Below, piece after piece: positions 1 through 10,246 of a stretch of DNA of 64,000 nt. Where the stretch lies: contig CBDBIB010000001.1 in assembly GCA_965205945.1 (NCBI GenBank), positions 256,001-320,000 of the forward strand, written 5' to 3'. The notes below the pieces were generated by a model. It ran no database searches, was not told the origin of the DNA, and saw only the letters and a program-made list of their open reading frames with translations. Within the stretch, counting starts at the first letter, position 1. Each line of letters begins with the position of its first letter. Position numbers and translations under genes: made by a program. Source of the DNA: Bdellovibrionales bacterium. Lineage in GTDB: Bacteria; Bdellovibrionota; Bdellovibrionia; Bdellovibrionales; UBA1609.

Positions 1-1
1 A

Positions 2-421
2 GAATTAAAAAACCTTTTAGAGTCTAAAGTTTTTGATTTAATTATTCACGCAGCAGCTATAAGTGATTTTTTACCTATTAAAAAGCAAGATAAGAAAATT
101 TCTTCATTAGATGATTTTGTTATTGAATTTAAAAAAGCTCCTAAAATACTAAATTCATTGAAAAAATGGTCTAAAAATAAGAACTCTAAACTTATAAGCT
201 TTAAATTAACTCACAATCAAAGCTCTAAAGAAATAATTAAAAAAATTAATACTCAATTTCAAAATAGTAAATCTGATTTTATTATCCTAAATGAATTAAA
301 AAATATAAATTTGAATAAACATGAGTATTCAATTTGGCCAAGAGATGCTAAAACTTTTAGCTACTCGGGTGAAACCAAAATACAGATGATTCAAAATATA
401 CTGACAATAAAAGGCCTTTAA
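2..421 (+). CDS. coaBC: Bifunctional phosphopantothenoylcysteine decarboxylase/synthetase, C-terminal part (runs off the window start)
   Basis: Frame from base 2 reads ELKNLLESKVFDLIIHAAAISDF...KKISS...KAPKIL...LISFKL, which are CoaB motifs; lies next to coaX. Confidence 0.85.
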   Translation, partial: ELKNLLESKVFDLIIHAAAISDFLPIKKQDKKISSLDDFVIEFKKAPKILNSLKKWSKNKNSKLISFKLTHNQSSKEIIKKINTQFQNSKSDFIILNELKNINLNKHEYSIWPRDAKTFSYSGETKIQMIQNILTIKGL

Positions 422-422
422 T

Positions 423-1202
423 ATGTTGATGTGCTTAGATGTAGGAAATACACAAATACATGGTGGAGTATATATAAGGCAAGATCTTAAATTTCAATTT
501 AGACAGAATACATCAACAGGACTTTCTTCAGATGAGATCGGGGTTTTCTTAAGAACCGTTCTTCGTGAAAATAATATTAATACTGAAAAAATATCTAATA
601 TTGCAGTTTGTTCTGTGGTTCCTCATATGGATTACAGTTTAAAGAGTGCGTGTATAAAGTATTTTACAGAAAAAGTGATGTTTGTACAGCCTGGGTTAAA
701 AACAGGCTTAAGAATAAAATATTCAAACCCACTTGAAGTAGGAGCAGATAGAATCGCAAATTCAGTTGCTGCAAAAAACTTATACCCAAATAAAAATATT
801 TTAATAGTTGATTTTGGAACAGCTACAACACTTGATGCAGTTTCAAAAAAAGGAGATTATCTAGGTGGTGCAATTTTAGGAGGAGCAAAAATTATGATTT
901 CTGCTCTTGAAAGTAAAACAGCCAGACTTCCCTCAGTTGAAATTAAAAAACCTATTAAAGTTTGTGGTACAACTACAGTTGAAAGTATCCAAAGTGGACT
1001 TTATTGGTCTACACTTGGTGGAGTTAAAGAACTCATAAAACAAATTACTTTAGATAAATTTAAAACAGAAGCTCCAATAGTAATTGGAACAGGTGGTGTT
1101 GGCCAGCTTTTTAAAGATGAAAAGCTTTTTCAGGTTTATATGCCAGAGCTAGTTTTAAAGGGGTTGTATGATCTTTATCAAAAAAATCATGTGACGTATT
1201 AA
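423..1202 (+). CDS. coaX: Type III pantothenate kinase
   Basis: DVGNT, SVVP, GADR, VDFGTATT and TGG motifs. Confidence 0.95.
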   Translation: MLMCLDVGNTQIHGGVYIRQDLKFQFRQNTSTGLSSDEIGVFLRTVLRENNINTEKISNIAVCSVVPHMDYSLKSACIKYFTEKVMFVQPGLKTGLRIKYSNPLEVGADRIANSVAAKNLYPNKNILIVDFGTATTLDAVSKKGDYLGGAILGGAKIMISALESKTARLPSVEIKKPIKVCGTTTVESIQSGLYWSTLGGVKELIKQITLDKFKTEAPIVIGTGGVGQLFKDEKLFQVYMPELVLKGLYDLYQKNHVTY

Positions 1203-1570
1203 TTGTAAACGCCTCATTATCAAAGGCATGTTGACTCATTTTAAAATATAACTCAAATAATGAGCTATTAAGCCTAAAGTAAATTATTTAACCTCTAGGT
1301 TTTTTCTTTAAATTTAATCTCTAACCTCAGCTAGCTGATGAAAACACCCACATGAGAATTTATTTTTTAGAAAAATATGCAACAAAAACTCTGAGTAATC
1401 AGAGTCAAAAATGAATTCATGAATTTTAATCTCCAGACTTTAGTTCAACAACACCTCTGTCTTAAAAAAATAACTAAGAACAGCATCTGCATATGTATAG
1501 TCACTGCCTATAAGAAAAACAACAAAATCAATGTTTTACCTATGTTTATGGGCTTCTTCGCGTTTTAGTC

Positions 1571-1648
1571 ATTTCATTTTATTTCACATTATTTAACGTC
1601 ATTTCACGATTTCAGTCGTGAAAGTCGTAAGAGTCGTAACGGTCGTGC
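1571..1648. repeat. Phased short direct repeats: ATTT(C/A)A x4 at 10-bp period, then GTCGT x4 at 9-bp period
   Basis: Copies start at 1571/1581/1591/1601 and 1615/1624/1633/1642; includes the inverted pair TTTCACGA...TCGTGAAA. Confidence 0.6.
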
Positions 1649-2011
1649 TGAATTACAGACCACCTTTAAAACTCTATTTTCTAAAATTTTACTAATGAAA
1701 AAACTGTAGACGATGGATATATTGGTCTCCCACTTGTTAGAAAAAATAACACCAGAGGATATAGAAAGTTTGAAACTTAAATCTATTACTTAAGAGCATG
1801 AAGACAGAAGATTAAGGCATCTTTGGGAAAAGAAAAAAGGCAAAATCTCTGAAAGTAAGTGGAAAGAAATGCTTTATATTAGACAGCTTGCAGGCCTCAT
1901 TGCGGAAAACTCAAGGCTTCAGGTTGCCACAAGTGCCTAGTGGAAATGTAATAAACCATAGAGAGGAAGTGTCACATTTTCTCTCTAATTATAGGTACTT
2001 AGTGGTACATC

Positions 2012-2040
2012 TTGACAAACTACCGCAATCAGTGTAGTTT
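2012..2040 (+). promoter_or_regulatory. Sigma70 promoter overlapped by a palindromic TA operator
   Basis: TTGACA-17-TAGTTT with inverted repeat AAACTAC-N10-GTAGTTT directly upstream of the toxin gene. Confidence 0.7.
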
Positions 2041-2056
2041 ATAAAGGAGTCATGGA

Positions 2057-2378
2057 GTGATTATTAAAAAGATTATTTATTTTGTAACAGAAAATGGAAG
2101 TTCCCCTTTTGAAGACTGGCTGAACAAATTAGACAGTGTTTCACAAGCAATTGTATCTAGGTTTGTTCACAGAGTAGCAAAAGGCGGAGCTAAGAAATCC
2201 ATAAAAGCACTTAAAGACGGTGTTTTTGAAATAAAAATAACACACGGCCCAGGCTTATAGAGTGTATTTTGCTGAAGATGGGAATGAGTTAATTATTCTC
2301 CTCGTAGGTGGAGATAAAAAAACTCAAAGTCGTGACATAGATAAAGCTAAGGAGCTTTGGAGGAATTATGGCAAATAG
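2057..2378 (+). pseudogene. RelE/HigB-family addiction-module toxin, frameshifted
   Basis: SPFEDWL...[12 protein letters not shown] then, after one extra T at ~2255, [35 protein letters not shown], the canonical C-terminal half. Confidence 0.85.
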
Positions 2379-2679
2379 ACATAAAGACTTTAACGAGTTG
2401 ATCGCAACCAAGTTTGAAAACGTAGAATTTTCTCAAGCGTATATAATGACTCTTATCAATGATGAAGAGATGAGTATTGATGAAGCTTTGCGTGAAACAA
2501 TTATTGCAATGGGGCTACAACCCTTTGCTGATAAAGCAGAAATATCAATCCAATATGTGTCAGACTTCGTTAAGAAAAGAAAGAAATTCTCAACTGAGTC
2601 AATCGACAAGTATTTGCAAAAAGCATTTCACTTAAAGATTAAAATGAGTGTTGAATCTGTCAAAGGCGAAGTAGCATAA
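2368..2679 (+). CDS. Putative HTH antitoxin (addiction-module antidote)
   Basis: Overlaps the toxin stop; [28 protein letters not shown] is HTH-like. Confidence 0.75.
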   Translation: MANRHKDFNELIATKFENVEFSQAYIMTLINDEEMSIDEALRETIIAMGLQPFADKAEISIQYVSDFVKKRKKFSTESIDKYLQKAFHLKIKMSVESVKGEVA

Positions 2680-2747
2680 TAGACCTCCCCAAAATACTGG
2701 ACACTTTTCTAAGTGCGAACTAAACTTAAAAGGAGAGGTAAAAAGGC

Positions 2748-3062
2748 ATGAAGAAGAAAGAGGCTACAGAGTCTAGAAAAAAGTACAATACTTTTTCAGA
2801 AGAATTTAAAGAAGAAGCTGTTGAATTGGCAAATAGAGTTGGAAACAGCCAGGCATCAAGAGATCTAGGAACTACTGAAACCAGTATTAGAAATTGGAGA
2901 AAAAAGCTAAATCCAACTCCTGAAAGCTTATTAAAAGAGGAAAATAAGAAGTCATATAGAGAGCTTGAGAAAGAAAATAAGCGTTTAAAAAAAGAGCTTG
3001 GCTGGATGCAGGAAATTAATACAGTGTTAAAAAAAAGCACAGCGATTTTCTCCTCAGATTAG
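2748..3062 (+). CDS. IS3 OrfA (HTH plus coiled coil)
   Basis: FSEEFKEEAV...ASRDLG...IRNW...LEKENKRLKKE...LKKSTAIF. Confidence 0.85.
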   Translation: MKKKEATESRKKYNTFSEEFKEEAVELANRVGNSQASRDLGTTETSIRNWRKKLNPTPESLLKEENKKSYRELEKENKRLKKELGWMQEINTVLKKSTAIFSSD

Positions 3063-3948
3063 ATCAAAAAGTCAAAATCATGAAAGAGCTAAGTTTAACA
3101 ATTCCCGTCTATTTTTTTATGCATTTTTTTTGGAGTAAGTAAGAGTACTTTTTATTATTTAAATAATAAAAAAAGCTCAAAATCGTTTCAAAGGAAAACA
3201 AAAATAAAGGAAAGAATTAAGAGCATTTTTGAATCATCGTATAAAACTTATGGTTCACCACGTATTTATGAGGAGTTAAAAAATAAGGGCATTTGGATAA
3301 GTGAGAACACAGTGGCTAAGTATATGGTTGAAATAGGCTTAGATGCTAGACACAAGAAGGTTTTTAAGGTTAAGACAACAGATTCAAAGCATAAGTATAA
3401 CATAGCACCAAGACTGTTTAAGGTTGAAAAAGAAGAGTCTTTGCCAAAAGATCCTGGAAGAATTCTAGCCGGCGACATAACATATTTAAGGCAAGGGACA
3501 GGGAGAAACTTTTTATACTTAGCCGTAGTAATTGATTTATTTAACCGTAAAGTTGTTGGTTGGAGTATAGGTAAAAGCTTAGAGACAAGATTGGTGTTAA
3601 AAGCACTTAAAATGGCCATAAAAAAAGTTGGCCCAAGTGCTGAAGTGATTTTTCATTCAAATCGTGGGTCTCAATACGCTAGTGATGCTTATAGACAGTT
3701 TTTAAAAAACAAAAAGATAAGACCAAGTATGAGTAGAAAAGGGAATTGCTATGATAATGCACATACTGAAAGTTGGTTTTCAAGTTTAAAAAAAAGAATT
3801 TTTATATAGAAAAAACTATACTGGAGAAAGAGAATTAAGATCGTTAGTATTTGAATATATTGAAGTTTGGTATAACAAGAAAAGAAGGCATTCTTCTCTT
3901 GGTTATCAAAGCCCTAAAGGGTATGCAATTAAACACAACCTCGCATAG
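3059..3948 (+). pseudogene. IS3 OrfB DDE transposase, frameshifted
   Basis: TYGSPRI, GDITY, YLAVVIDLFNRKVVGW, HSNRGSQY (catalytic D replaced by N), SMSRKGNCYDNA; frameshift in the A-run near 3790 before ...WYNKKRRHSSLGYQSP. Confidence 0.85.
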
Positions 3949-3982
3949 GAAAAAGTGTCCTATTTCTTTGAGCAAGTCCATA

Positions 3983-4252
3983 ATGAACTGTCATTATGTC
4001 ACTCGCTCATTAACTAAACCGTGGGAAGGAAAAGAACGAAAGTTGGTATACTACGACTTTAAATCTGATTCTATCTTAGAAACTACATCAAAAACTCTTT
4101 TTGCGGAAAAAGACTTGCTTGAAGAGAAATATGAAGAAGCCCTAAGTAAATTAATAGAAAGACCACTTGGTATATTCAAACAACAAATAATAGAAAAAAA
4201 ACAGAATGAAGTTAAAGTAGAGGCCATAAGGTATTGTTTTTTTGCTATGTAA
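3983..4252 (+). pseudogene. DUF4238-like protein, N-terminal fragment only
   Basis: MNCHYVTRSLTKPW...LFAEKDL...EEALSKLIE resembles the DUF4238 N-terminus; only 89 aa. Confidence 0.5.
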
Positions 4253-4465
4253 TCTTATTTTAACCCCCTTTGTGATATTATTTGGCTCGCAATTAATCTA
4301 GGGCAAGATATTTATGAGTTCTTTAGTGATTTCCTAAAAAATATCAAGCCTTTAAAAGTTAGCCTTTTTGTGAGCTATTACGCCTATAAGTAAAACACCT
4401 TAGTATCATTAATTTCAGATCAATACACATCTTTCCATAATTAAAGGCATTTTTTAAATTTAATA

Positions 4466-4492
4466 TTAAGACTAAATAAGAAAAACCGATTA
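4466..4492 (+). promoter_or_regulatory. Putative FliA (sigma28) promoter
   Basis: TTAA-N15-ACCGATTA ending 8 nt before ATG 4501. Confidence 0.5.
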
Positions 4493-4500
4493 TAAGTATA

Positions 4501-5454
4501 ATGGCGTATACTAGAACTATAATTCCTCTCATCTTACTAAGCTTTGCTTTCCAGACTTTTGCCTATGAAGATGGTGGTGGATTTTATCGTGATGATGCTT
4601 ACTCCATAGGAGAGAGAAGTACCTGTGGGAGCTTATGTATTTTAAGTCCCAATTATTATGAAGGATATTTATATCAGCAAGAAAGAAACTCTCGCCTATT
4701 TGCCCCTGAAATTATAATCACTAGTACACAGCAAGAAGATAAAATCAATGCCTTGAATTATAAATCTAAGGATTTACTTCAAGGTCTGGGGTGGGGGCCT
4801 GATACTAATGTGAGTAAGCTTGTTGTAAAGAGAAGAATTCGTATAGCAAGAGCTTTAAGAGACATGGGGTTTCAAATAGCTGAAAATAATAAAAGCTTAA
4901 AATCTGCATTTTGGAGAGAAATTAGAAAACCTATTTTATATAGCCTTAGAGACCGTATAACTGAGCCATATAAAAAAAAGAAGCTCTCGCTTAACGAGAA
5001 GACAAAGATTTGGTTTTTAGAACAAACTGTAGATGCGGGAGCATCAAGTTTGAATTTAGATAGTTTTGGCGGCAGTGATGGGCAAGCACTTAATACAGAT
5101 TTTAATATTCAAAACCTTATCTTCAAATTTTATCCTCGAGTAGATCCCATTGTGGGACGCTATGGGATGCGCTTTAAGGTAAGAAAATATGTAATTAAGC
5201 ATAGAAAGCTTCATTTTAGTTTAAGCGCAAACTATTGCAATTCTTCTACTGGTTTTGGGGATAAAATATGCAAATATCAACATGAATTGTCTACAAGTTT
5301 TTCTTTTATAAGTCCTACAAGAAAATGGGTTGGTTTAGCTTATGTGTCTTATCAAACATCTTCTCAAGACGAGAATGCATATTTTGTTGATGGTAAGTCT
5401 TATCAGCATACTCCATGGCTTACAGGGGTGAGCGCAACCTATCAATTTTATTAA
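4501..5454 (+). CDS. Secreted or outer-membrane hypothetical protein
   Basis: Signal peptide; C-terminal amphipathic beta-strands ending ...GVSATYQFY (beta-signal-like). Confidence 0.6.
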   Translation: MAYTRTIIPLILLSFAFQTFAYEDGGGFYRDDAYSIGERSTCGSLCILSPNYYEGYLYQQERNSRLFAPEIIITSTQQEDKINALNYKSKDLLQGLGWGPDTNVSKLVVKRRIRIARALRDMGFQIAENNKSLKSAFWREIRKPILYSLRDRITEPYKKKKLSLNEKTKIWFLEQTVDAGASSLNLDSFGGSDGQALNTDFNIQNLIFKFYPRVDPIVGRYGMRFKVRKYVIKHRKLHFSLSANYCNSSTGFGDKICKYQHELSTSFSFISPTRKWVGLAYVSYQTSSQDENAYFVDGKSYQHTPWLTGVSATYQFY

Positions 5455-5588
5455 GTAATTTATTTTATAAAACCACTATATTCAAGGTTTTTTTAAAAAA
5501 CCCTTTAAAAAACCTCGAATATAGAATTGCAGTTAAATTGACAAGTATCTAGGCTCATGGCACAAACAAGCATCATGGGAGGAAGTCT

Positions 5589-5954
5589 ATGTATGCCATT
5601 TTAAAATCAGGTGGAAAACAATATCGTGTTAAAGCTGGTGACTCATTAAAAGTTGAAAAACTTAGTCAAAACGTTGGATCTGAAATCAATATTAATAAGG
5701 TTTTATTAGTTGGTGGAGATAAAACATTTATTGGAACACCATTAGTGAACAAGGCATCTGTAATAGCAGTTGTGACTAAACAAGCAAGATATTCAAAAAT
5801 CATGGTTCTTAAAAAGAAAAGAAGGCAAGGCTATCGAAAGCTTCAAGGTCATAGACAAGATTTTACAGAGCTTTTTATTAAAAGTATTCAATCTCCTAAC
5901 AATGATGTTAGTAAGGCAGAAAAAGAAGCTAAAATTTATACTACTAAGGTTTAG
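5589..5954 (+). CDS. rplU: 50S ribosomal protein L21
   Basis: [14 protein letters not shown]...[19 protein letters not shown]. Confidence 0.97.
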   Translation: MYAILKSGGKQYRVKAGDSLKVEKLSQNVGSEININKVLLVGGDKTFIGTPLVNKASVIAVVTKQARYSKIMVLKKKRRQGYRKLQGHRQDFTELFIKSIQSPNNDVSKAEKEAKIYTTKV

Positions 5955-5991
5955 TTGTTTAGCTTAAATATTTAAATATAAGGGTTTAGTT

Positions 5992-6261
5992 ATGGCATCA
6001 AAAAAAGCTGCGGGCAGTTCAAAAAACGGAAGAGATAGCAAAAGTAAAAGGCTTGGTGTGAAAAGGTTTGGTGGAGAAAATGTTTTGCCTGGAACTATCA
6101 TTATCAGGCAACGTGGAACAAAAGTTCACCCAGGAAATAATGTTGGAGTAGGTAAAGATTTTACAATTTTTGCAAAAATCCATGGAAAGGTTAAATTTGA
6201 AAGAATGGATAAAAAAAGATTTAAAGTAAGCGTTTATTCTTTACAAAATGGCACAACCTAA
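5992..6261 (+). CDS. rpmA: 50S ribosomal protein L27
   Basis: [24 protein letters not shown]. Confidence 0.98.
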   Translation: MASKKAAGSSKNGRDSKSKRLGVKRFGGENVLPGTIIIRQRGTKVHPGNNVGVGKDFTIFAKIHGKVKFERMDKKRFKVSVYSLQNGTT

Positions 6262-6353
6262 TAATCCAACCTTTTTAAAAAAACAGATATGACCATGGAA
6301 TTTGTGCCACCATATCTGTTCTAGGCTATTTAAATAAATTAGAGAATTAATAT

Positions 6354-7394
6354 ATGAGCCCCTCAATACCGTTATTTATAGATAAGATTCAGATTAAAAT
6401 TGCTTCAGGTAATGGAGGCTCTGGCTGTGTAAGTTTTCGTAGAGAAGCCAAAGTCCCACGTGGAGGTCCTGATGGTGGAGATGGAGGTAAAGGAGGAAAT
6501 GTCTATATTGTGGGGGATCGGTATAAGCATACACTCTTAGACTATAAATATAAGAAAAATTATTTTGCTAAAAATGGCATGCCTGGACTTGGAGCTAAGT
6601 GTTATGGAAAAGCTGGAGCAAACACAGTCTTACCGGTTCCTTTAGGAACTCAAATTAGAAATAAAGAAACTAAAAAACTTATTCTTGATGTAGTAGATGA
6701 GGAAATGTATTTATTATTAAAAGGTGGTAAGGGTGGCCTTGGAAATTGGCACTTTAAAAGCGCAAGATTGCAAGCGCCAGAGTATGCACAAGGTGGGATT
6801 TTAGGCGAATCAATGGAGGTTACTTTAGAGTTAAAACTTTTAGCTGATATAGGACTAGTGGGATTTCCCAATGCAGGTAAATCAACACTAATCTCAGTTT
6901 TATCAAAAGCTCGTCCAAAAATTGCACCATATCCATTTACTACTTTAAACCCTCAACTAGGAGTAATGGAGCATAAGCAGACAGAGTTAGTTATTGCAGA
7001 TCTGCCAGGCTTAATTAAAGGAGCTTCAGATGGTGTAGGGTTAGGATACAGGTTCTTAAGGCATGCTGAAAGAACCAGTCAAATTCTACACTTGATTTCT
7101 TTAGACCCTAATGAAGAAGAAAGTCCTTATAAGAGATATCTTGCTATTTGCAAGGAACTTAAAAATTATCAAAACCGACATATGAAAGAAAATGAAAAAA
7201 AAATATATAAGTTAAAGGAAAAGGTTCTTTTAACTAAGGCAGATATTTGTCCTAACAACCTACAAGAACAAGCAGTAGATGAATTTTATAATCATGGCAT
7301 TAAAGCAATGGTAATTTCATCTGCATCACATGAAAATATAGAAGTTTTAAAAGATAATTTGATTAAAGAAGAAGTAAACCATCATGGCAAATAA
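6354..7394 (+). CDS. obg: GTPase Obg
   Basis: Gly-rich Obg fold, GFPNAGKST, YPFTT, DLPG. Confidence 0.97.
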   Translation: MSPSIPLFIDKIQIKIASGNGGSGCVSFRREAKVPRGGPDGGDGGKGGNVYIVGDRYKHTLLDYKYKKNYFAKNGMPGLGAKCYGKAGANTVLPVPLGTQIRNKETKKLILDVVDEEMYLLLKGGKGGLGNWHFKSARLQAPEYAQGGILGESMEVTLELKLLADIGLVGFPNAGKSTLISVLSKARPKIAPYPFTTLNPQLGVMEHKQTELVIADLPGLIKGASDGVGLGYRFLRHAERTSQILHLISLDPNEEESPYKRYLAICKELKNYQNRHMKENEKKIYKLKEKVLLTKADICPNNLQEQAVDEFYNHGIKAMVISSASHENIEVLKDNLIKEEVNHHGK

Positions 7395-8382
7395 AATAGG
7401 GGTTTTTGGTGGAGTGTTTAGTCCTATCCATTTTGGACATATCAATAGTATTTTAAATGTAAAAGAAAAAATGAAGCTTAATAAAATAAGGGTTATTCCA
7501 GCTTTTCAAAGTCCGGGTAAAGAAATCATTAAAAAACCTACAGCTGAAGAAAGGCTAGAGTTAGTAAAGTTAGGACTTGCAGATTACTTAGATGAGGTAA
7601 GTGTTGAGGCTTATGAAATTCAAAAAGGTGGAACTAGCTATTCTATAGATACACTTACAACACTGAAGAATGAAAATCCTGACGATTTATTTTATCTTAT
7701 TATTGGCCTTGATCAGTTTAACACTTTTGATTCATGGAAGGATTTTAATAAAATTATCAAACTTGTAAATATTATTGTAACATCTCGCCCTGGATATTTC
7801 TTTCCGTTGTCTAAAGAGGAATTTCCTGAAGGCTTGAGAAAAAAAGTGGATGACTTTGATGGCTATACAGCAATTTTAAAGCATGGTGGTCAAATTAATT
7901 TTATCCGGCTTAAAGATCACGATATGAGTTCTTCTGATATTAGAAAAAAAGTGAGGCTCAATCAGTCTATTCATAAATATGTCCCTATTCAAGTAGAAAC
8001 CTATATTAATAAAAAAAACCTTTATACAATGGAAGAAGGCGTTGATTACGACTCTCGCCATTTAACTCAAAAAATCATAGGAGTATTAAAAAAAAATGGT
8101 GGTATAAATATATTAGGTTTTGATTTATCAAATGATAATCAAATAACAGACTTCTCTATTATCACATCAACTCAAAGTAAAAGGGCTAATACAAGTCTTG
8201 CTAATCAAGTGATTGATCTTGTTAGAGATACGCTTGGAGTTAGACCAATGGCTGTTGATGGTCAAGACGAGGCCAACTGGATTGCTATTGATTACGGTTC
8301 TGTGATGGTTCATTTATTTCATGAATATTTAAGGTATGAGTATAAAATAGAAGAACTTTGGAGTTCATATCCAAAATTATAA
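7384..8382 (+). CDS. nadD: Nicotinate-nucleotide adenylyltransferase fused to ribosome silencing factor RsfS
   Basis: GGVFSPIHFGH, SYSIDT, IIGLD and SSSDIR (NadD), then ITDFSII...WIAIDYGSVMVHLF...R.EYKIEELW (RsfS) in one frame. Confidence 0.9.
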   Translation: MANKIGVFGGVFSPIHFGHINSILNVKEKMKLNKIRVIPAFQSPGKEIIKKPTAEERLELVKLGLADYLDEVSVEAYEIQKGGTSYSIDTLTTLKNENPDDLFYLIIGLDQFNTFDSWKDFNKIIKLVNIIVTSRPGYFFPLSKEEFPEGLRKKVDDFDGYTAILKHGGQINFIRLKDHDMSSSDIRKKVRLNQSIHKYVPIQVETYINKKNLYTMEEGVDYDSRHLTQKIIGVLKKNGGINILGFDLSNDNQITDFSIITSTQSKRANTSLANQVIDLVRDTLGVRPMAVDGQDEANWIAIDYGSVMVHLFHEYLRYEYKIEELWSSYPKL

Positions 8383-8850
8383 ATGAATATAGAAATACTG
8401 TGTCCTGAATTTAAAAACCTAGAAATAATCTTTAAAACTGTTGAACGATACGTTTTTATGACAAACCGATTTACTTCATGTGTATTAAAAGAATTTAAAA
8501 CTGAAAAAAATGGATCTCCTAAATATAAAATAGAAAAAGAAGGGGCAAGGATTTTAAAGAAAATTTCAAACAAAGACTTTCTTATTGTTTTAGATAAGAA
8601 GGGCAGCTCTTTTCAAACACTAGAATTGAGTCAGAAATTAGAATATCTTCAGAATAATCAAGGCGTTGAAAAACTAATCTTTTTAATTGGTGGTCCTTAC
8701 GGGGTTAGTGATAAAATAAAAAATAGAGCCAATTTAAAAGTTAAACTTTCTGAATTCACTCTTAACTCTAAGGTGGCCACTATTGTTTTATCCGAACAGG
8801 TTTATCGGTTATTCTCATTAATTGCCGGACACCCTTATCATAATCAGTAG
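8383..8850 (+). CDS. rlmH: 23S rRNA pseudouridine-1915 N3-methyltransferase
   Basis: LDKKG, FLIGGPYG, LSEFT, EQVYR, HPYH. Confidence 0.92.
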   Translation: MNIEILCPEFKNLEIIFKTVERYVFMTNRFTSCVLKEFKTEKNGSPKYKIEKEGARILKKISNKDFLIVLDKKGSSFQTLELSQKLEYLQNNQGVEKLIFLIGGPYGVSDKIKNRANLKVKLSEFTLNSKVATIVLSEQVYRLFSLIAGHPYHNQ

Positions 8851-8871
8851 AAAATAAGCACACATTCTAGT

Positions 8872-9492
8872 TTGCAAACTAAATATATGCGTAAGTTTTT
8901 TTGTATAATTTGTGATGTTATAAAATTTAGAAAAAATATGATCTGTGGGTATTGTGAGAATAAGATAGGATCTCGTAAGAAAGCTTATTTTTTAAGATAT
9001 GAGGAAAAAGTTCCTCACTACTATTTATTTGAATGGAATTTAGAGACTGATTTTTTTTGCAGGAAATTAGTTTGTTTTTTAAAACATCAAAAAGTTGATA
9101 AATTTAAAGAATGGACGTATTTATTCCCCTCTCAAATAAGTTTTATTGGATCTAGAGTAGCTTTTGTGCCTAAATCATCTTCTCAAAAAACTTTAAATCA
9201 TGCTAAAGAATTAGCTTTAAGTTTAAAAAAACTTTTAAACTTAAAAAGTATTTTAGAGATAGACGAGACCTTCGAAGCTCAGAAGAAAAAAACTCGAATA
9301 AATCGACTAAAAGTGAAGAAAAATTTTAAGAAAAAAATACGACTAGACTACCAATGGGTTTTTATAGATGATGTCTTTGTTACAGGTGCAACTTATGGCA
9401 GAATAAAATCTGAAATAGAGAACCTACCTGAAATGATAGTGACACTTTTTTACAAATCATTAATTAAGGGAGAAGAAAGGAATGTTTTTTAA
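8872..9492 (+). CDS. ComF-family phosphoribosyltransferase-like protein
   Basis: N-terminal CxxC...CxxC and FIDDVFVTGAT. Confidence 0.75.
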   Translation: MQTKYMRKFFCIICDVIKFRKNMICGYCENKIGSRKKAYFLRYEEKVPHYYLFEWNLETDFFCRKLVCFLKHQKVDKFKEWTYLFPSQISFIGSRVAFVPKSSSQKTLNHAKELALSLKKLLNLKSILEIDETFEAQKKKTRINRLKVKKNFKKKIRLDYQWVFIDDVFVTGATYGRIKSEIENLPEMIVTLFYKSLIKGEERNVF

Positions 9493-10075
9493 AATATTTT
9501 TTATTCCAATGTTTTTATTTGCAAAAGAACCTGTGAAAACTCATGATTCAGCTCAAAAACTCTTACAGAGTATGATCCTTACTTACAATCAAGCTAAGTA
9601 TATGAAGTGTAGTTTTAATAAACTTTCTAAATCAATGCTTTTAAGCACTGTTGAGAAAACAAAAGGAACTCTAGAATACTCTAAAAAGAAAATTAGATTA
9701 GAGATGACCGGAGAAAACAAAAGTATTTTCATCAAAGGTCACGAAAAATTTTGGCATATTAGTGGTAAAAATGTAACCACAGGAAATGTAAAAGACGCCG
9801 TACCAAATATTTTTGATTCTATTTTTTCAAATACAACTATTTGGTCAAAACTTGGAGTAAAATATATTTCTGTTTCAAAGAAAAAAGCTAAAATTAAAAT
9901 AGATCCAAAAGGAAAATTCCCTAATATTTTAGAAATAGTAATGAAAATTAATTTAAAAAAAAGAACGTTAATTCAACTAAACTATACCGATGATGTGAAT
10001 AATTCTGTGGAAATTTCTTTTAAGAATATAAGATTTTTTTCAAAAGAAAGGCCTGAAAGATTCATCTATAAATAA
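9482..10075 (+). CDS. LolA-like outer-membrane lipoprotein carrier
   Basis: Signal peptide, GTLEYSKKKIRLE, YTDDVNNSVEISFKNI...FIY. Confidence 0.7.
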   Translation: MFFKIFFIPMFLFAKEPVKTHDSAQKLLQSMILTYNQAKYMKCSFNKLSKSMLLSTVEKTKGTLEYSKKKIRLEMTGENKSIFIKGHEKFWHISGKNVTTGNVKDAVPNIFDSIFSNTTIWSKLGVKYISVSKKKAKIKIDPKGKFPNILEIVMKINLKKRTLIQLNYTDDVNNSVEISFKNIRFFSKERPERFIYK

Positions 10076-10246
10076 GCATAAAACTACTTACTCTAATTAA
10101 ACTATAAAAATCTAGAATAATTTTTAATAATTTTAAACGAATTCACTTAAGAAAATTTTTTAAAAATAAAACACCTTATAAAATATTAACTAAGAATGAG
10201 AAAGTCCTAGCTTTTTAAATTATCACCTAGGCTTTAGTGATGTAAA

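Larger units (their letters stand above)
2680..3980 (+). mobile_element. IS3-family insertion sequence (inactivated), 1301 bp, 3-bp TAA target duplication
   Basis: Imperfect IRs TAGACCTCCCCAAAATACTGGACACTTTT and GAAAAAGTGTCCTATTTCTTTGAGCAAGTCCA; TAA on both sides; orfA/orfB layout with an A-run at the end of orfA. Confidence 0.9.

Noticed and set aside
3851..3982. N-terminal part of the 133-aa ORF 3851-4252
   Set aside because: Lies within the IS3 right end; the real gene starts at ATG 3983.
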